Shown here: positions 17,589-26,474 of the stretch, one piece after another
Layout: every line of letters begins with the position of its first letter
How positions within the stretch are numbered: the first letter of the stretch is position 1
From: a virus
Taxonomy: Duplodnaviria > Heunggongvirae > Uroviricota > Caudoviricetes
DNA: 31,876 nt
Strand: one strand, 5' to 3'
Virus record (IMG/VR): IMGVR_UViG_3300050821_018098
Position numbers and translations under genes: made by a program
The notes under the pieces: model-generated
The model's input: the letters and a program-made list of their open reading frames with translations, nothing else
Told to the model about the DNA's origin: nothing
The model's database searches: none

Positions 17589-20412
17589 TCAAAATAGCCT
17601 CGTTATCAGCGTTTATTTTAATAGTTTTTTCATCATCACCCCATTTATTAATAACACTGGTTTTAGCATTTTCTAAGACTTTCTTTTTCATGTCTTTAGT
17701 AGTATTGAATATATCAAGTCTCATTTGAAGATTTCTATCAAACTGACTTAGTCCAAGTACAGCATTAAATCTATTTACCAGAGAAAGAATTGTTTTTTCA
17801 AATGTTAAATCACGATCTATTGGTGCTTCTCTCTCAGCAAATTCAATAGGATATGAGCCACGAATATAAGCAAATTCTTTAGTACCTTTTAATTTAGTAA
17901 CTGATTTAGCATAATAATATTTTATTTTATCACCAGCCTGAATTAAGTTATACTTATTTTTTAAGGTTGAGTTTTTATTTAATAAATAATTATAGAACCC
18001 AGCAGCTTTAACATTATGTGTTGCACCTTTTTCATATAAGAAATTTGCTTGGTCATCAATTATAGCACCCATATCATTTACTGATGTACTACAACTAATA
18101 TCTTCTATATCAGCAACCTCATGAGCCATTTTAATTTTCTTTAACAATTTATTCAATTCAAAATCATTAAGATCATCTTTGTTGATAAAATAATATTTTA
18201 TAATACCATCCATATGTTCTCTCACAAATAAAGGTGTTTTAGAACTTACGATATCAATACCTGTTGGACTTAGTTTAGACAAACTAGCATGAAATATTCC
18301 TTTCTTACACCAATCAGGATTTTCTGTTCTTTCTTCACCATCTTCCCAGGCAAGATTTTTAATATATTTTTTCTTCTCTAAGAAAATAATAGATTCGCTT
18401 ATACTTTCAAGTTCAAATTCTTCTATATTTTTCACTTTATATTTATCAGCATAAGCTTCGAGTACATCTACAAAATATCCAGCTAATCTATGATTATTAA
18501 CCGTATGTACAAATTTTATAGGATCCTCATTCCAACCACAACTTTGTGCACCCGGATAGAAAGTTATATAATTAGAATCTGTGTCAATATATACTGTACA
18601 TGATGTTTTTTTAGGAATTTGTTTAACATCCGTTACACCAAGTATTTTATGTAATTCAGTATCTAAATGCCATTTATTATGCCAATAATCTTCATTCGCT
18701 GTACCCATTACTTGAATTATATCACGACCAAATGCTGTAATAGTACTTGCAACACCGTTTTCGAAAGCAACGAAGTGTCTGGCTGCAAAGGCACCATAAG
18801 AACCATTCAACACAAGTTTTAATGCCATCTGAATAGCATCAAATCTGTTGTAGCTGGCCATAGCTTCTTCATATTTAACTTTTAACTCAGCCATCAATTC
18901 CTTATCTGGTTTCAATTTAGACTTCTCAGCCTTCATCTGATCCGAATATGTTTTAGCTTTATCTTTTGATTCTGTGGCCCACTTCTTATTTTTCTTTCTA
19001 TCATAGTAAATCTCTGTAAGTTTATTCACCACAACAGATTCACTTCTGGCAAATACAGCATTATTAACAGCTACAATATCATCTTCAGCAATTTTATATT
19101 TCTTACCTTTCCATAAAGCATATCCAGGTTCATCTTTAATAACATAACCTCTAAATGTTTCAGGCGAAAGATTAAACTGTCTGATATTTGTCGGATATAG
19201 AGAAGCGAAGTCATAACATGACACATACCGGTTCATACCTTTTAAAGGATTCTTTACATAACCACCTTTAATCTTCTCTTCAATATGACTATCATCGTAA
19301 TCTTTAAAGAAAACAATATTTAACTTATCCCGGTAATCTTCTCTAAGGATACCTTCAGTTACACGAAGCGTTGTCACAGCATCCAATATTCTTACCTTCG
19401 CAAGAGAAGCAATAGCAAACATAATGTTTGCATACTTAGTCTTTTCATGAATAAGTTGCACAAGTATGGAGTCAGCAGCATTATAAAATAAATATTCTTC
19501 CAAATTTTCATCATATAATTGTTGAAGATCTCCAGGATATTTAATTTTACCAACACCAAGAAGTTTCATAGAAACGAAATCCAAAGCAGCCGATTCTTTT
19601 ACTTTGATAGAAGTATCCCATTTTTTATACAGATCCATGTAATCGACAATTACACGATGTCTTGGAAGTTCTTCGTATTTCTTTTTTAATTTCTTCTTTT
19701 TATCAGCAGCACTTGGTTCCTTATTAAAAGGTTTGTCAAGTAATCTTGATGGACTTACACTAGAAGGATCTAAACCAAGTTTTCTTGCTCTATTAATGAT
19801 ATAGACCCAGTCATATTCAACAAAGTTCCAACCTGTTATAATAGAGAAATTTGGTATAACCTGTTCAAGTAAATAAGCAACTAACGCTCTTTCAGGATCT
19901 TCATTATCATGAAAACTGATGTATTTCACATCAAAATTTAAATTGAAGTTTTCAAAGTGTTTATCAAGCTTCTTTTTAATGTTATTAATCTGACCATTAC
20001 CCATAGGTTTAAGGCCTAATAGCATTACTTTACTACCAACAACAATTGACACAGTAAGAATAGGTGCAGCTGCCTTTTGTGGGGGCGACCAACCACCAGG
20101 AAGAATTTCATTTTCAATATCTATAAAAGCTATTTGTTTTGGTTCAACATAACCAAATATTTCTTCACGTTCCTTTTGTTCCAGAGCATCAAAAAACTCA
20201 AAAACACTATAACGGTTTGGTATTTTACAATTTACAACTTTTACAGCTTCACCATCCCAAGTATGATATTCACTTTTATCAGGATCATCTTGGACAGTTT
20301 TTACGTATTTTTTGGGCTTTCTCCAGGGATAGTATTTCATCCTAAATTTACCTTTAGGGTCAAGATAGGAGGCCATCAAACTTCCCGATTTGTATTCAAA
20401 ATCTATAAGCAT
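17563..20412 (-). CDS. polB: family B DNA polymerase (T4 gp43-like) with 3'-5' exonuclease
   Basis: Exo I FIDIEN, Exo II GWNFVEYDWVY, Exo III YNAADS; Pol A YDFASLYP, B KLVLNGSYG, C YIDTDS; KKKY. Confidence 0.95.
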   Translation of the reverse strand: MLIDFEYKSGSLMASYLDPKGKFRMKYYPWRKPKKYVKTVQDDPDKSEYHTWDGEAVKVVNCKIPNRYSVFEFFDALEQKEREEIFGYVEPKQIAFIDIENEILPGGWSPPQKAAAPILTVSIVVGSKVMLLGLKPMGNGQINNIKKKLDKHFENFNLNFDVKYISFHDNEDPERALVAYLLEQVIPNFSIITGWNFVEYDWVYIINRARKLGLDPSSVSPSRLLDKPFNKEPSAADKKKKLKKKYEELPRHRVIVDYMDLYKKWDTSIKVKESAALDFVSMKLLGVGKIKYPGDLQQLYDENLEEYLFYNAADSILVQLIHEKTKYANIMFAIASLAKVRILDAVTTLRVTEGILREDYRDKLNIVFFKDYDDSHIEEKIKGGYVKNPLKGMNRYVSCYDFASLYPTNIRQFNLSPETFRGYVIKDEPGYALWKGKKYKIAEDDIVAVNNAVFARSESVVVNKLTEIYYDRKKNKKWATESKDKAKTYSDQMKAEKSKLKPDKELMAELKVKYEEAMASYNRFDAIQMALKLVLNGSYGAFAARHFVAFENGVASTITAFGRDIIQVMGTANEDYWHNKWHLDTELHKILGVTDVKQIPKKTSCTVYIDTDSNYITFYPGAQSCGWNEDPIKFVHTVNNHRLAGYFVDVLEAYADKYKVKNIEEFELESISESIIFLEKKKYIKNLAWEDGEERTENPDWCKKGIFHASLSKLSPTGIDIVSSKTPLFVREHMDGIIKYYFINKDDLNDFELNKLLKKIKMAHEVADIEDISCSTSVNDMGAIIDDQANFLYEKGATHNVKAAGFYNYLLNKNSTLKNKYNLIQAGDKIKYYYAKSVTKLKGTKEFAYIRGSYPIEFAEREAPIDRDLTFEKTILSLVNRFNAVLGLSQFDRNLQMRLDIFNTTKDMKKKVLENAKTSVINKWGDDEKTIKINADNEAILNDDKEWDF

Positions 20413-20440
20413 ATTCTAATATTGTTTGAGAAGTATATTG

Positions 20441-20465
20441 TATAGCTGGGTTATTAGATAAAGTT
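20441..20465 (-). promoter_or_regulatory. putative class-2 promoter (AAACTT-N15-TATA)
   Basis: Minus strand AAACTT ATCTAATAACCCAGC TATA, ending 28 nt before the polB ATG. Confidence 0.45.
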
Positions 20466-20566
20466 TTTGTATTTAAACAAAATATTTTCTACAAATTATA
20501 TGTTAAATTTTTTATAGGTTTTTGTAAAATAGTTTATTACTTTTGTATTATTAAATATTTGAAAAC

Positions 20567-21070
20567 ATGTTTAAAAAATTAAAAAATCACTTTTGGGGAG
20601 CATTCTTTTTGATTACCAGTATTCTGTTAATCGTTTCCTTAATATTTGCTAATAAATTTAACCTTGTACCAGTTTTTTTGGTTATATGTCTAATTATGAG
20701 CATTATGTTACATTTGGGTTGTGCTTATGAATCAAAATGGTCGGATCCAACAAAAATAAAAATTGTTTCTGTTAAAATATTAAAAAAACGGCAGTGTATT
20801 TGGGAAACCAGATATTTTGTTTTTGAACAACATACTGTCACAGATTATTATATGGGATATTTTATAAAGTCTAAAACTATATGGCCAGAAAATATCAACT
20901 ACAGAGAACGTTACAATGATTCATATGAAACCAAAGAAGATGCTATGATAGAAATTTTATTAACACTTAAAACTTTAAAAGCTAATCTGTATAATGAACC
21001 TACAGTAAAAGATATAGAAGAGGTTTACGAAATTACGGTTGCTGAAGAACTGACCAAAATAGAAATATAG
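20567..21070 (+). CDS. membrane protein with two N-terminal TM helices (167 aa)
   Basis: FWGAFFLITSILLIVSLIF and LVPVFLVICLIMSIML. Confidence 0.7.
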   Translation: MFKKLKNHFWGAFFLITSILLIVSLIFANKFNLVPVFLVICLIMSIMLHLGCAYESKWSDPTKIKIVSVKILKKRQCIWETRYFVFEQHTVTDYYMGYFIKSKTIWPENINYRERYNDSYETKEDAMIEILLTLKTLKANLYNEPTVKDIEEVYEITVAEELTKIEI

Positions 21071-21072
21071 TA

Positions 21073-21522
21073 ATGGAAGTTATTTTTACAAATAAAAAGG
21101 CCCGGTATGAATACGAGTTTATAGAAACCGAAATAGCTGGTATCATGTTACATGGTTCCGAAGTAAAAGCTTTGAGAGAAGGTAAAACCAATATTGATGA
21201 TGCTTACCTAACTATAAAAGATAGCAAAGTAATTATCCAGAAAATGTTTATTGGTGATCAGAAGGTCTCTAATCACACTTCACATGATAACTCCAGGGAC
21301 CGGATTATTCTTATGACTAAGAATCAAAGAAGAAAATGGTTACAAAAGTTGGAAACAAAAGGTTTAACAATTATTCCATACAAAGTTTTCTTTGATGATA
21401 AAAATATTTGTAAAATAGAAGTTGTTTTAGCTAAAGGCAAAAAGCTTCATGATAAGAGAGAATCAATTAAAAGTAAGGATATTGACAGAGACACAAAAAG
21501 AGAATTAAGCAATCTAAATTAA
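21073..21522 (+). CDS. smpB: SsrA-binding protein SmpB
   Basis: NKKARYEY...EIAGIMLHGSEVKALR...RDRIILMTK...GLTIIP...AKGKKLHDKRESIK. Confidence 0.95.
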   Translation: MEVIFTNKKARYEYEFIETEIAGIMLHGSEVKALREGKTNIDDAYLTIKDSKVIIQKMFIGDQKVSNHTSHDNSRDRIILMTKNQRRKWLQKLETKGLTIIPYKVFFDDKNICKIEVVLAKGKKLHDKRESIKSKDIDRDTKRELSNLN

Positions 21523-21527
21523 ACTAT

Positions 21528-22568
21528 ATGACAAATTCAAAATGGACACACGAAAGTTTGTTGTTGATGGAGAAAATCAACAATCACTTTAATAAACTAT
21601 GTAGTGAGACAAACTATGTAAACAGGCTCGGTGAAGAAAACAATTGGACTTTTACTTATACCGTAAGAGCAGTTGAAGAATATAAGAAATTTTTATTCTT
21701 ATTCGCTATAGATAAAGACCCTGTTTCACCATCACATCCAATAGATGAAGCTTGGCACACACACATTCTCTACACAAAAAATTACTTCAACGAACTTTCC
21801 ACTATTCTTGGTAAAACATTACATCATGAACCAGAAACTGGAAGAAAACAAATCGAAGAGATTACCAAACTAAAAAATTGGTACAAATCTACACTGGAAC
21901 GTTATAACAGTTATTTTGGTGAGGAACCTAAAGATATTTGGACTGTAGTCAAAAAAGATAATTACAGTATTGCTGATGAGGAAAATTTATCAAAAAAAGC
22001 TAATTCTTTACATGGTATGTTGTATGTAAATATTATCCCCATTGTTATTTTAGTAATACTATCCGGTGGATTTGCCTTATTTGGTTTATTCTGGTGGGCT
22101 TTAATTGGTGCTGTAATAGCTACAACTTATTATATTTTTAATGCTATTTCAGAAAACAAAAAAGAACGTGACGATAGAGAGGAAGAAGAACGATTGTCTA
22201 GAATTAGACACACTTCTCATAAAGAAACTCAATATAGCTCAAAAAATAGATATACGGAAGATCTTAATAAAAGGCGTTCTGAAACACCAAAAACTATTGA
22301 GACAATTCATACAACTGAAACAGTTCATCATTCAGGATTGGATCCCGTGACTTCATATCTTTTGATGGATTCCATAATGAATCATAATAATGAAAGTAAT
22401 AATCCAGATACTAGTAATGATTCAGGAAAATCTAGCTGTTCAAGTTGCTCATCAAAATCAAGTTGTTCCAGTTCTTCAGATTCTAGTTCACATTCAAGCT
22501 GCTCTTCAGGTTCTAGCTGTTCAAGTAGTAGTTGTTCATCAGGTTCTAGTTGTGGTGGTGGAGATTAA
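21528..22568 (+). CDS. glycine-rich-domain (DUF1399/TIGR04222-like) membrane protein with Ser/Cys-rich tail
   Basis: EYKKFLFL...PSHPIDEAWHTHILYTKNY...HHEP; TM segment; tail SCSSCSS...SSCGGGD. Confidence 0.75.
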   Translation: MTNSKWTHESLLLMEKINNHFNKLCSETNYVNRLGEENNWTFTYTVRAVEEYKKFLFLFAIDKDPVSPSHPIDEAWHTHILYTKNYFNELSTILGKTLHHEPETGRKQIEEITKLKNWYKSTLERYNSYFGEEPKDIWTVVKKDNYSIADEENLSKKANSLHGMLYVNIIPIVILVILSGGFALFGLFWWALIGAVIATTYYIFNAISENKKERDDREEEERLSRIRHTSHKETQYSSKNRYTEDLNKRRSETPKTIETIHTTETVHHSGLDPVTSYLLMDSIMNHNNESNNPDTSNDSGKSSCSSCSSKSSCSSSSDSSSHSSCSSGSSCSSSSCSSGSSCGGGD

Positions 22569-22595
22569 TAAATAAATTTCCGCTTATACGAATTT

Positions 22596-23303
22596 ATGAA
22601 TAAAATAAAAAACCTAAAGAAACAACGTGTTTTAAACCGATACTTTTTCTTCCAACAAGAACTCGATATAAAAGAGAACATGTTGGAAGAAATGGATATC
22701 GAATTTAGAGATGCTCTTAGTGTTTTCTTAAAAAACAATCCTGAAGTTGATAAATTATATCAAGAAAGACTCAAACAAAAACAGGATGAGGAATTTCAAC
22801 GTTATAAAGAAGCCTTCAGTGAAGAAACTGGTGAAATATTAAGTGATTCAAAAGAAATAATTCTTTCTGATAAAAAAGAGGAAAATTTCTTTGAAGAGGA
22901 TCCAGAAGAATATACTAATGAAGAATCCGATGATAATGAATCTGAAGAAGATAATTCTGATAAAGAAGAAAAAAAGATATATCAGAAGTTATATCGAGAA
23001 ATAGTTAAAATAACACATCCAGATAAAGTGAAGGATGACCAGAGAAATAAAATGTATATCAGGGCTACTACAGCTTATGAAAAAAATGAATTTCTTGTTT
23101 TAGTAATGATTGCGAGCCAATTAAATATTGAATGGGATTGGAATCCTATTATGGAAACAAGAGTTAAAACAACGGTAGATGGTTTACAAAAGAAACTAGT
23201 TTTAATAGAAAAAAGTGTATCCTGGCTTTGGTATAATACAGAAAATGACGATACAAAAAATCAAGTTCTTATGGTATTTCTCCGAAATATTTTACAATCA
23301 TGA
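22596..23303 (+). CDS. J-domain-like (HPD) co-chaperone-like protein
   Basis: KLYREIVKITHPDK...MYIRATTAYEKN after an acidic linker. Confidence 0.7.
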   Translation: MNKIKNLKKQRVLNRYFFFQQELDIKENMLEEMDIEFRDALSVFLKNNPEVDKLYQERLKQKQDEEFQRYKEAFSEETGEILSDSKEIILSDKKEENFFEEDPEEYTNEESDDNESEEDNSDKEEKKIYQKLYREIVKITHPDKVKDDQRNKMYIRATTAYEKNEFLVLVMIASQLNIEWDWNPIMETRVKTTVDGLQKKLVLIEKSVSWLWYNTENDDTKNQVLMVFLRNILQS

Positions 23304-23773
23304 TTCTTCAGAATCAACTTATCAATTATTTAAATGAAAACCTTGATCATAACAATGATTCCAAGGTTTTCTTATTATATCTACATTCTGAATTAAAGAA
23401 TAAGCCTGCATCGGATGAGTTAAATAATCAGGTATTAGAAAAATTAAAAAATATGTTACCTATGGGTGACTGGTATTCTTATTGTTTAAATACAAATAAT
23501 AAAGAAGATTTTTTCGATAGACTAAAACAAATTGTATATGAAGCTTCACATTTGAACATTCTTGATATACTTAAAAAACATTCTGATTTAGAATCGGATG
23601 CAAGACAGGAAGAAGATTATAAGTTATATCTTATTGATTTTCTCACTAATAATATCAATGAGAAAGATTATGATATGGAAACAAAGGATTCCTTATCACA
23701 ATTATATGAACTTATTATTTCTGGTGAAATTCAGTATGTAGAAGATATGTCGAAATACGGCCTTATTTTATAA
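23300..23773 (+). CDS. hypothetical protein (157 aa)
   Basis: ORF track; ATGA overlap with the upstream gene. Confidence 0.7.
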   Translation: MILQNQLINYLNENLDHNNDSKVFLLYLHSELKNKPASDELNNQVLEKLKNMLPMGDWYSYCLNTNNKEDFFDRLKQIVYEASHLNILDILKKHSDLESDARQEEDYKLYLIDFLTNNINEKDYDMETKDSLSQLYELIISGEIQYVEDMSKYGLIL

Positions 23774-23796
23774 ACTTTTCATCAATAAAGGATATA
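23772..23796 (+). promoter_or_regulatory. putative class-2 promoter (AAACTT-N15-TATA)
   Basis: AAACTT TTCATCAATAAAGGA TATAAT, TATA ending 23 nt before the clpP ATG. Confidence 0.45.
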
Positions 23797-23819
23797 ATTC
23801 TTAAACTGAATTTATATTC

Positions 23820-24374
23820 ATGGAAAAACCTGTAAGCAGAAAAATATATCTATCCGAACAATTTACACAAGAAAGTATTAAATTAGTAACAAAAAGTATT
23901 GATGAAATTAATGATAAAGATGATACCCTTGAAAGAGAACTTTTAATTACTTATGGATTAACATATGAAAGAAAACCAATTGAGCTCAAAATCGATTCGT
24001 TTGGTGGGATGGTATATATGGCATTTGGATTAATTTCTGTTTTAGAAAATTCTAAAACACCTATACATACAATTGTTACAGGTTGTGCAATGTCTTGTGG
24101 ATTTTTACTTCTAATTTGTGGTAAGAAAAGATTTGCACATAAACATAGTACTATTTTATATCATCAAGTATCTTCTGGTGGTCGTGGCACATTAAAAGAA
24201 CTCGAAGATAATATTGTTGAAACTAGACGTATCAACAAAGTTCTTAGAGATGTTACGTTAGCTAAAACTAAAATATCAAAAGCAAGATTAAAAGAATGTT
24301 ATGAAAAGAAAATCGATTGGTACATTACCGCTGAAGAAGCTCTTAAACTTGGTATTATTGATGAGATATTATAG
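23820..24374 (+). CDS. clpP: ClpP-family serine protease
   Basis: IDSFGG...GCAMSCG (Ser)...ILYHQ (His)...IDWYITAEEALKLGIIDEI (Asp); triad intact. Confidence 0.92.
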   Translation: MEKPVSRKIYLSEQFTQESIKLVTKSIDEINDKDDTLERELLITYGLTYERKPIELKIDSFGGMVYMAFGLISVLENSKTPIHTIVTGCAMSCGFLLLICGKKRFAHKHSTILYHQVSSGGRGTLKELEDNIVETRRINKVLRDVTLAKTKISKARLKECYEKKIDWYITAEEALKLGIIDEIL

Positions 24375-24575
24375 TTTGTTCTCTGTAGAAAACATTTCTT
24401 TAAGTTTTTGTTTATGTGTTTCATTTTTACAACGAATAGCGTACACTTGATATTTTTTATTAAAATATACACTACTTATAGCTTTACCAATACTCCTGGC
24501 GATATCTTCGACAGGAGTTTTTTCTTTTGAGAAAACATAATTATTTCCACCTATACCTACTTTAAATACTACCAT
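24369..24575 (-). CDS. hypothetical protein (68 aa)
   Basis: ORF track; convergent with clpP. Confidence 0.5.
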   Translation of the reverse strand: MVVFKVGIGGNNYVFSKEKTPVEDIARSIGKAISSVYFNKKYQVYAIRCKNETHKQKLKEMFSTENKL

Positions 24576-24590
24576 ATTCTTATAAAATGT

Positions 24591-24639
24591 GAAACCCGGT
24601 TGATAGCGACATCTCCGGGTTTCTTGCCATAACAGGCAA
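24591..24639. other. GC-rich double hairpin (terminator or cis-RNA element)
   Basis: GAAACCCGG(24591-24599)/CCGGGTTTC(24615-24623) immediately followed by TTGCC-ATAACA-GGCAA(24624-24639). Confidence 0.55.
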
Positions 24640-24670
24640 ACGATCCTAATTCGTATTTTAAATATTTTAA

Positions 24671-24916
24671 TTAAGCCTCAGTATCTTCAATAACTTTACA
24701 TAGAGAAGCACAATATGTATCCTCTAATAAAAGTAAACTATCATAAAATTCCTTTGCGATAGCTTCTTCTCCTATCTCAAAAAATTTCGAATGATCTATA
24801 ATATCTTCAGTTCTACCTAAATCTTCTTTTTTTGTAGTCCAAACTACACAGTAAGCTCTCCTTGGAGCATTATTTTCATGAACAAAATTTTCAAAAGATT
24901 TTATATAGTTTTTCAT
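24671..24916 (-). CDS. small protein with capsid-targeting-like leader (81 aa)
   Basis: MKNYIKSFENFVHEN N-terminus. Confidence 0.7.
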   Translation of the reverse strand: MKNYIKSFENFVHENNAPRRAYCVVWTTKKEDLGRTEDIIDHSKFFEIGEEAIAKEFYDSLLLLEDTYCASLCKVIEDTEA

Positions 24917-25887
24917 TTCAGTTCTATTTTACTGTATTTATCAAGTTCTTTATCATCAAAATAGAAAAATTGAAAATCAACAATTCTACCATTCCATTTT
25001 GGCTTCCATTTATCTGAAACAAACGATGACTGATATTCTTCTGTGAATTGTAATGATGTTTTGCGAGGCATATTTTCTATAACAACAGCAATATCTAAAT
25101 CGCTATCTGGTTTAGCCGTACCTTTAGCTTCACTACCAACTATAAAGGCTTTTAAAACTTTTTTCTTAATCGGTTTAACTAAATTGAATCTTAATTTCTC
25201 TCTTACCCATTTAAGTGAAGGATATTCTTTAATTTCTTCTGAATATTCTTCTCCATATGTTGGTGTATAAAGGTGATCTAAATCTTCTCCAACATAAGCC
25301 CATACAGTTTTAATTCCTTTTTTAATAAGAGCTTGACATCTATGTGTACCATCTATAATTTGATTGTATTCAGAATCATAAACTATAGGTGGATAATTAT
25401 TATCATTTTCATTTAATAGTTTTACATATTCATTTACAGTATCATCATCAATGGTAAATTCATCTGTATCAATATCACTAATGTTAAGTTTATTAAGAAG
25501 AAAGTAATTAAATTTATAAACTCTATCATGAATATCTGTATCTTCCATATCACCATGAAGGCTCCAGATATAATCATATATGAAAAGGCTATCTACTTTA
25601 TCAGGATATTCTTTAGGATTTGGTCGATCATTATCTAATATATTTGTTACATTATTAAATCCACCTTTCAATCTACCTATTTTCTTAATAACGACACCTT
25701 TAATAAGGTATACTTCATTATCTTTTCTAGTTTCAATTTTATAGGGTCCCCATGATAAACCATTATCAGTAGCTATTAAACTATTTGGATCCATGTTATT
25801 TATTTTTAGCATGTTTTTAACTTGATCAAAATATTCATTTGATGTTTGATTAAATTCAAAATTCTCATATAACTTAATATATCTCAT
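24913..25887 (-). CDS. ParB/Sulfiredoxin-like domain fused to a Pol-beta-superfamily (MNT-type) nucleotidyltransferase
   Basis: YPPIVYD...QIIDGTHRCQAL (ParB/Srx D-G-x-H-R); AFIVGSEAKGTAKPDSDLDIAV (hG[GS]-x9-13-D-h-D); leader MRYIKLYENF. Confidence 0.8.
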   Translation of the reverse strand: MRYIKLYENFEFNQTSNEYFDQVKNMLKINNMDPNSLIATDNGLSWGPYKIETRKDNEVYLIKGVVIKKIGRLKGGFNNVTNILDNDRPNPKEYPDKVDSLFIYDYIWSLHGDMEDTDIHDRVYKFNYFLLNKLNISDIDTDEFTIDDDTVNEYVKLLNENDNNYPPIVYDSEYNQIIDGTHRCQALIKKGIKTVWAYVGEDLDHLYTPTYGEEYSEEIKEYPSLKWVREKLRFNLVKPIKKKVLKAFIVGSEAKGTAKPDSDLDIAVVIENMPRKTSLQFTEEYQSSFVSDKWKPKWNGRIVDFQFFYFDDKELDKYSKIELK

Positions 25888-26458
25888 TCATTTTAAAATA
25901 ATTTTTTAAATATTCCACACAGTATCCTGTAATAGTGTCTTCTATTTCTAGATGTGGTATTTGTGAAACAGGTATTCGTATACTTTGACTATTTGCTTCA
26001 GCATCGGATCCATCACCTTTAGCTTCTACCTGGTCATAATCATTAGAATTTATTTCTAAAAAGTAAATATGATATTTAGCACTACAACCTTTAGAAACAA
26101 ATAATGTATTAACTTCTACAGCTTCAACACTTGGTTTAAGACTCATACCAGTTTCCTCTAGTACTTCTCTAAAAAGGCATTGAATAGGTTTCTCATTCTT
26201 ATTCATTGTACCACTAAGCATGGTCAAATAGTGTTCTTTCGAATCACGACATTTATAAGTAGGTACATATTCATATCTAAACATAACTTCTCCGGTATCA
26301 GAAAGATATATTATAGCAATAATCATATCTGGTTCATCCATATAAATCCAACCTTCAGCTCTTTTTACTTTATAATTACCATCCTGAAATAATATTTCAC
26401 CTGTACCATTAGTTTCAACAGTATTTGTTTTTTTAATATAATCAGAAAATTTATCCAT
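25874..26458 (-). CDS. Nudix hydrolase, ADP-ribose pyrophosphatase-like
   Basis: Canonical box GTMNKNEKPIQCLFREVLEETGM; FRYEYVP, LFVSKGCSAKYHIYF and GDGSDAE resemble NudF-type motifs. Confidence 0.85.
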   Translation of the reverse strand: MDKFSDYIKKTNTVETNGTGEILFQDGNYKVKRAEGWIYMDEPDMIIAIIYLSDTGEVMFRYEYVPTYKCRDSKEHYLTMLSGTMNKNEKPIQCLFREVLEETGMSLKPSVEAVEVNTLFVSKGCSAKYHIYFLEINSNDYDQVEAKGDGSDAEANSQSIRIPVSQIPHLEIEDTITGYCVEYLKNYFKMNEIY

Positions 26459-26462
26459 GTTT

Positions 26463-26470
26463 TATATATG
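26463..26470 (-). promoter_or_regulatory. ATATATA motif with atypically short spacing (CATATATA)
   Basis: Only 4 nt before ATG 26458; may be chance. Confidence 0.25.
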
Positions 26471-26474
26471 TTAT

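Noticed and set aside
17563-20412. Intein or intron in the DNA polymerase
   Set aside because: All exonuclease and polymerase motifs are in order at normal spacing; no splice-junction C/S...HN or homing-nuclease motifs seen.
24591-24656. c-di-GMP-I, fluoride or SAM riboswitch
   Set aside because: Only fragments (GGCAAAC, GGAGATG) match; the required downstream conserved elements are missing.
20412-24670. tmRNA or tRNA genes near smpB
   Set aside because: Intergenic gaps are too short and lack acceptor-stem or T-loop signatures.
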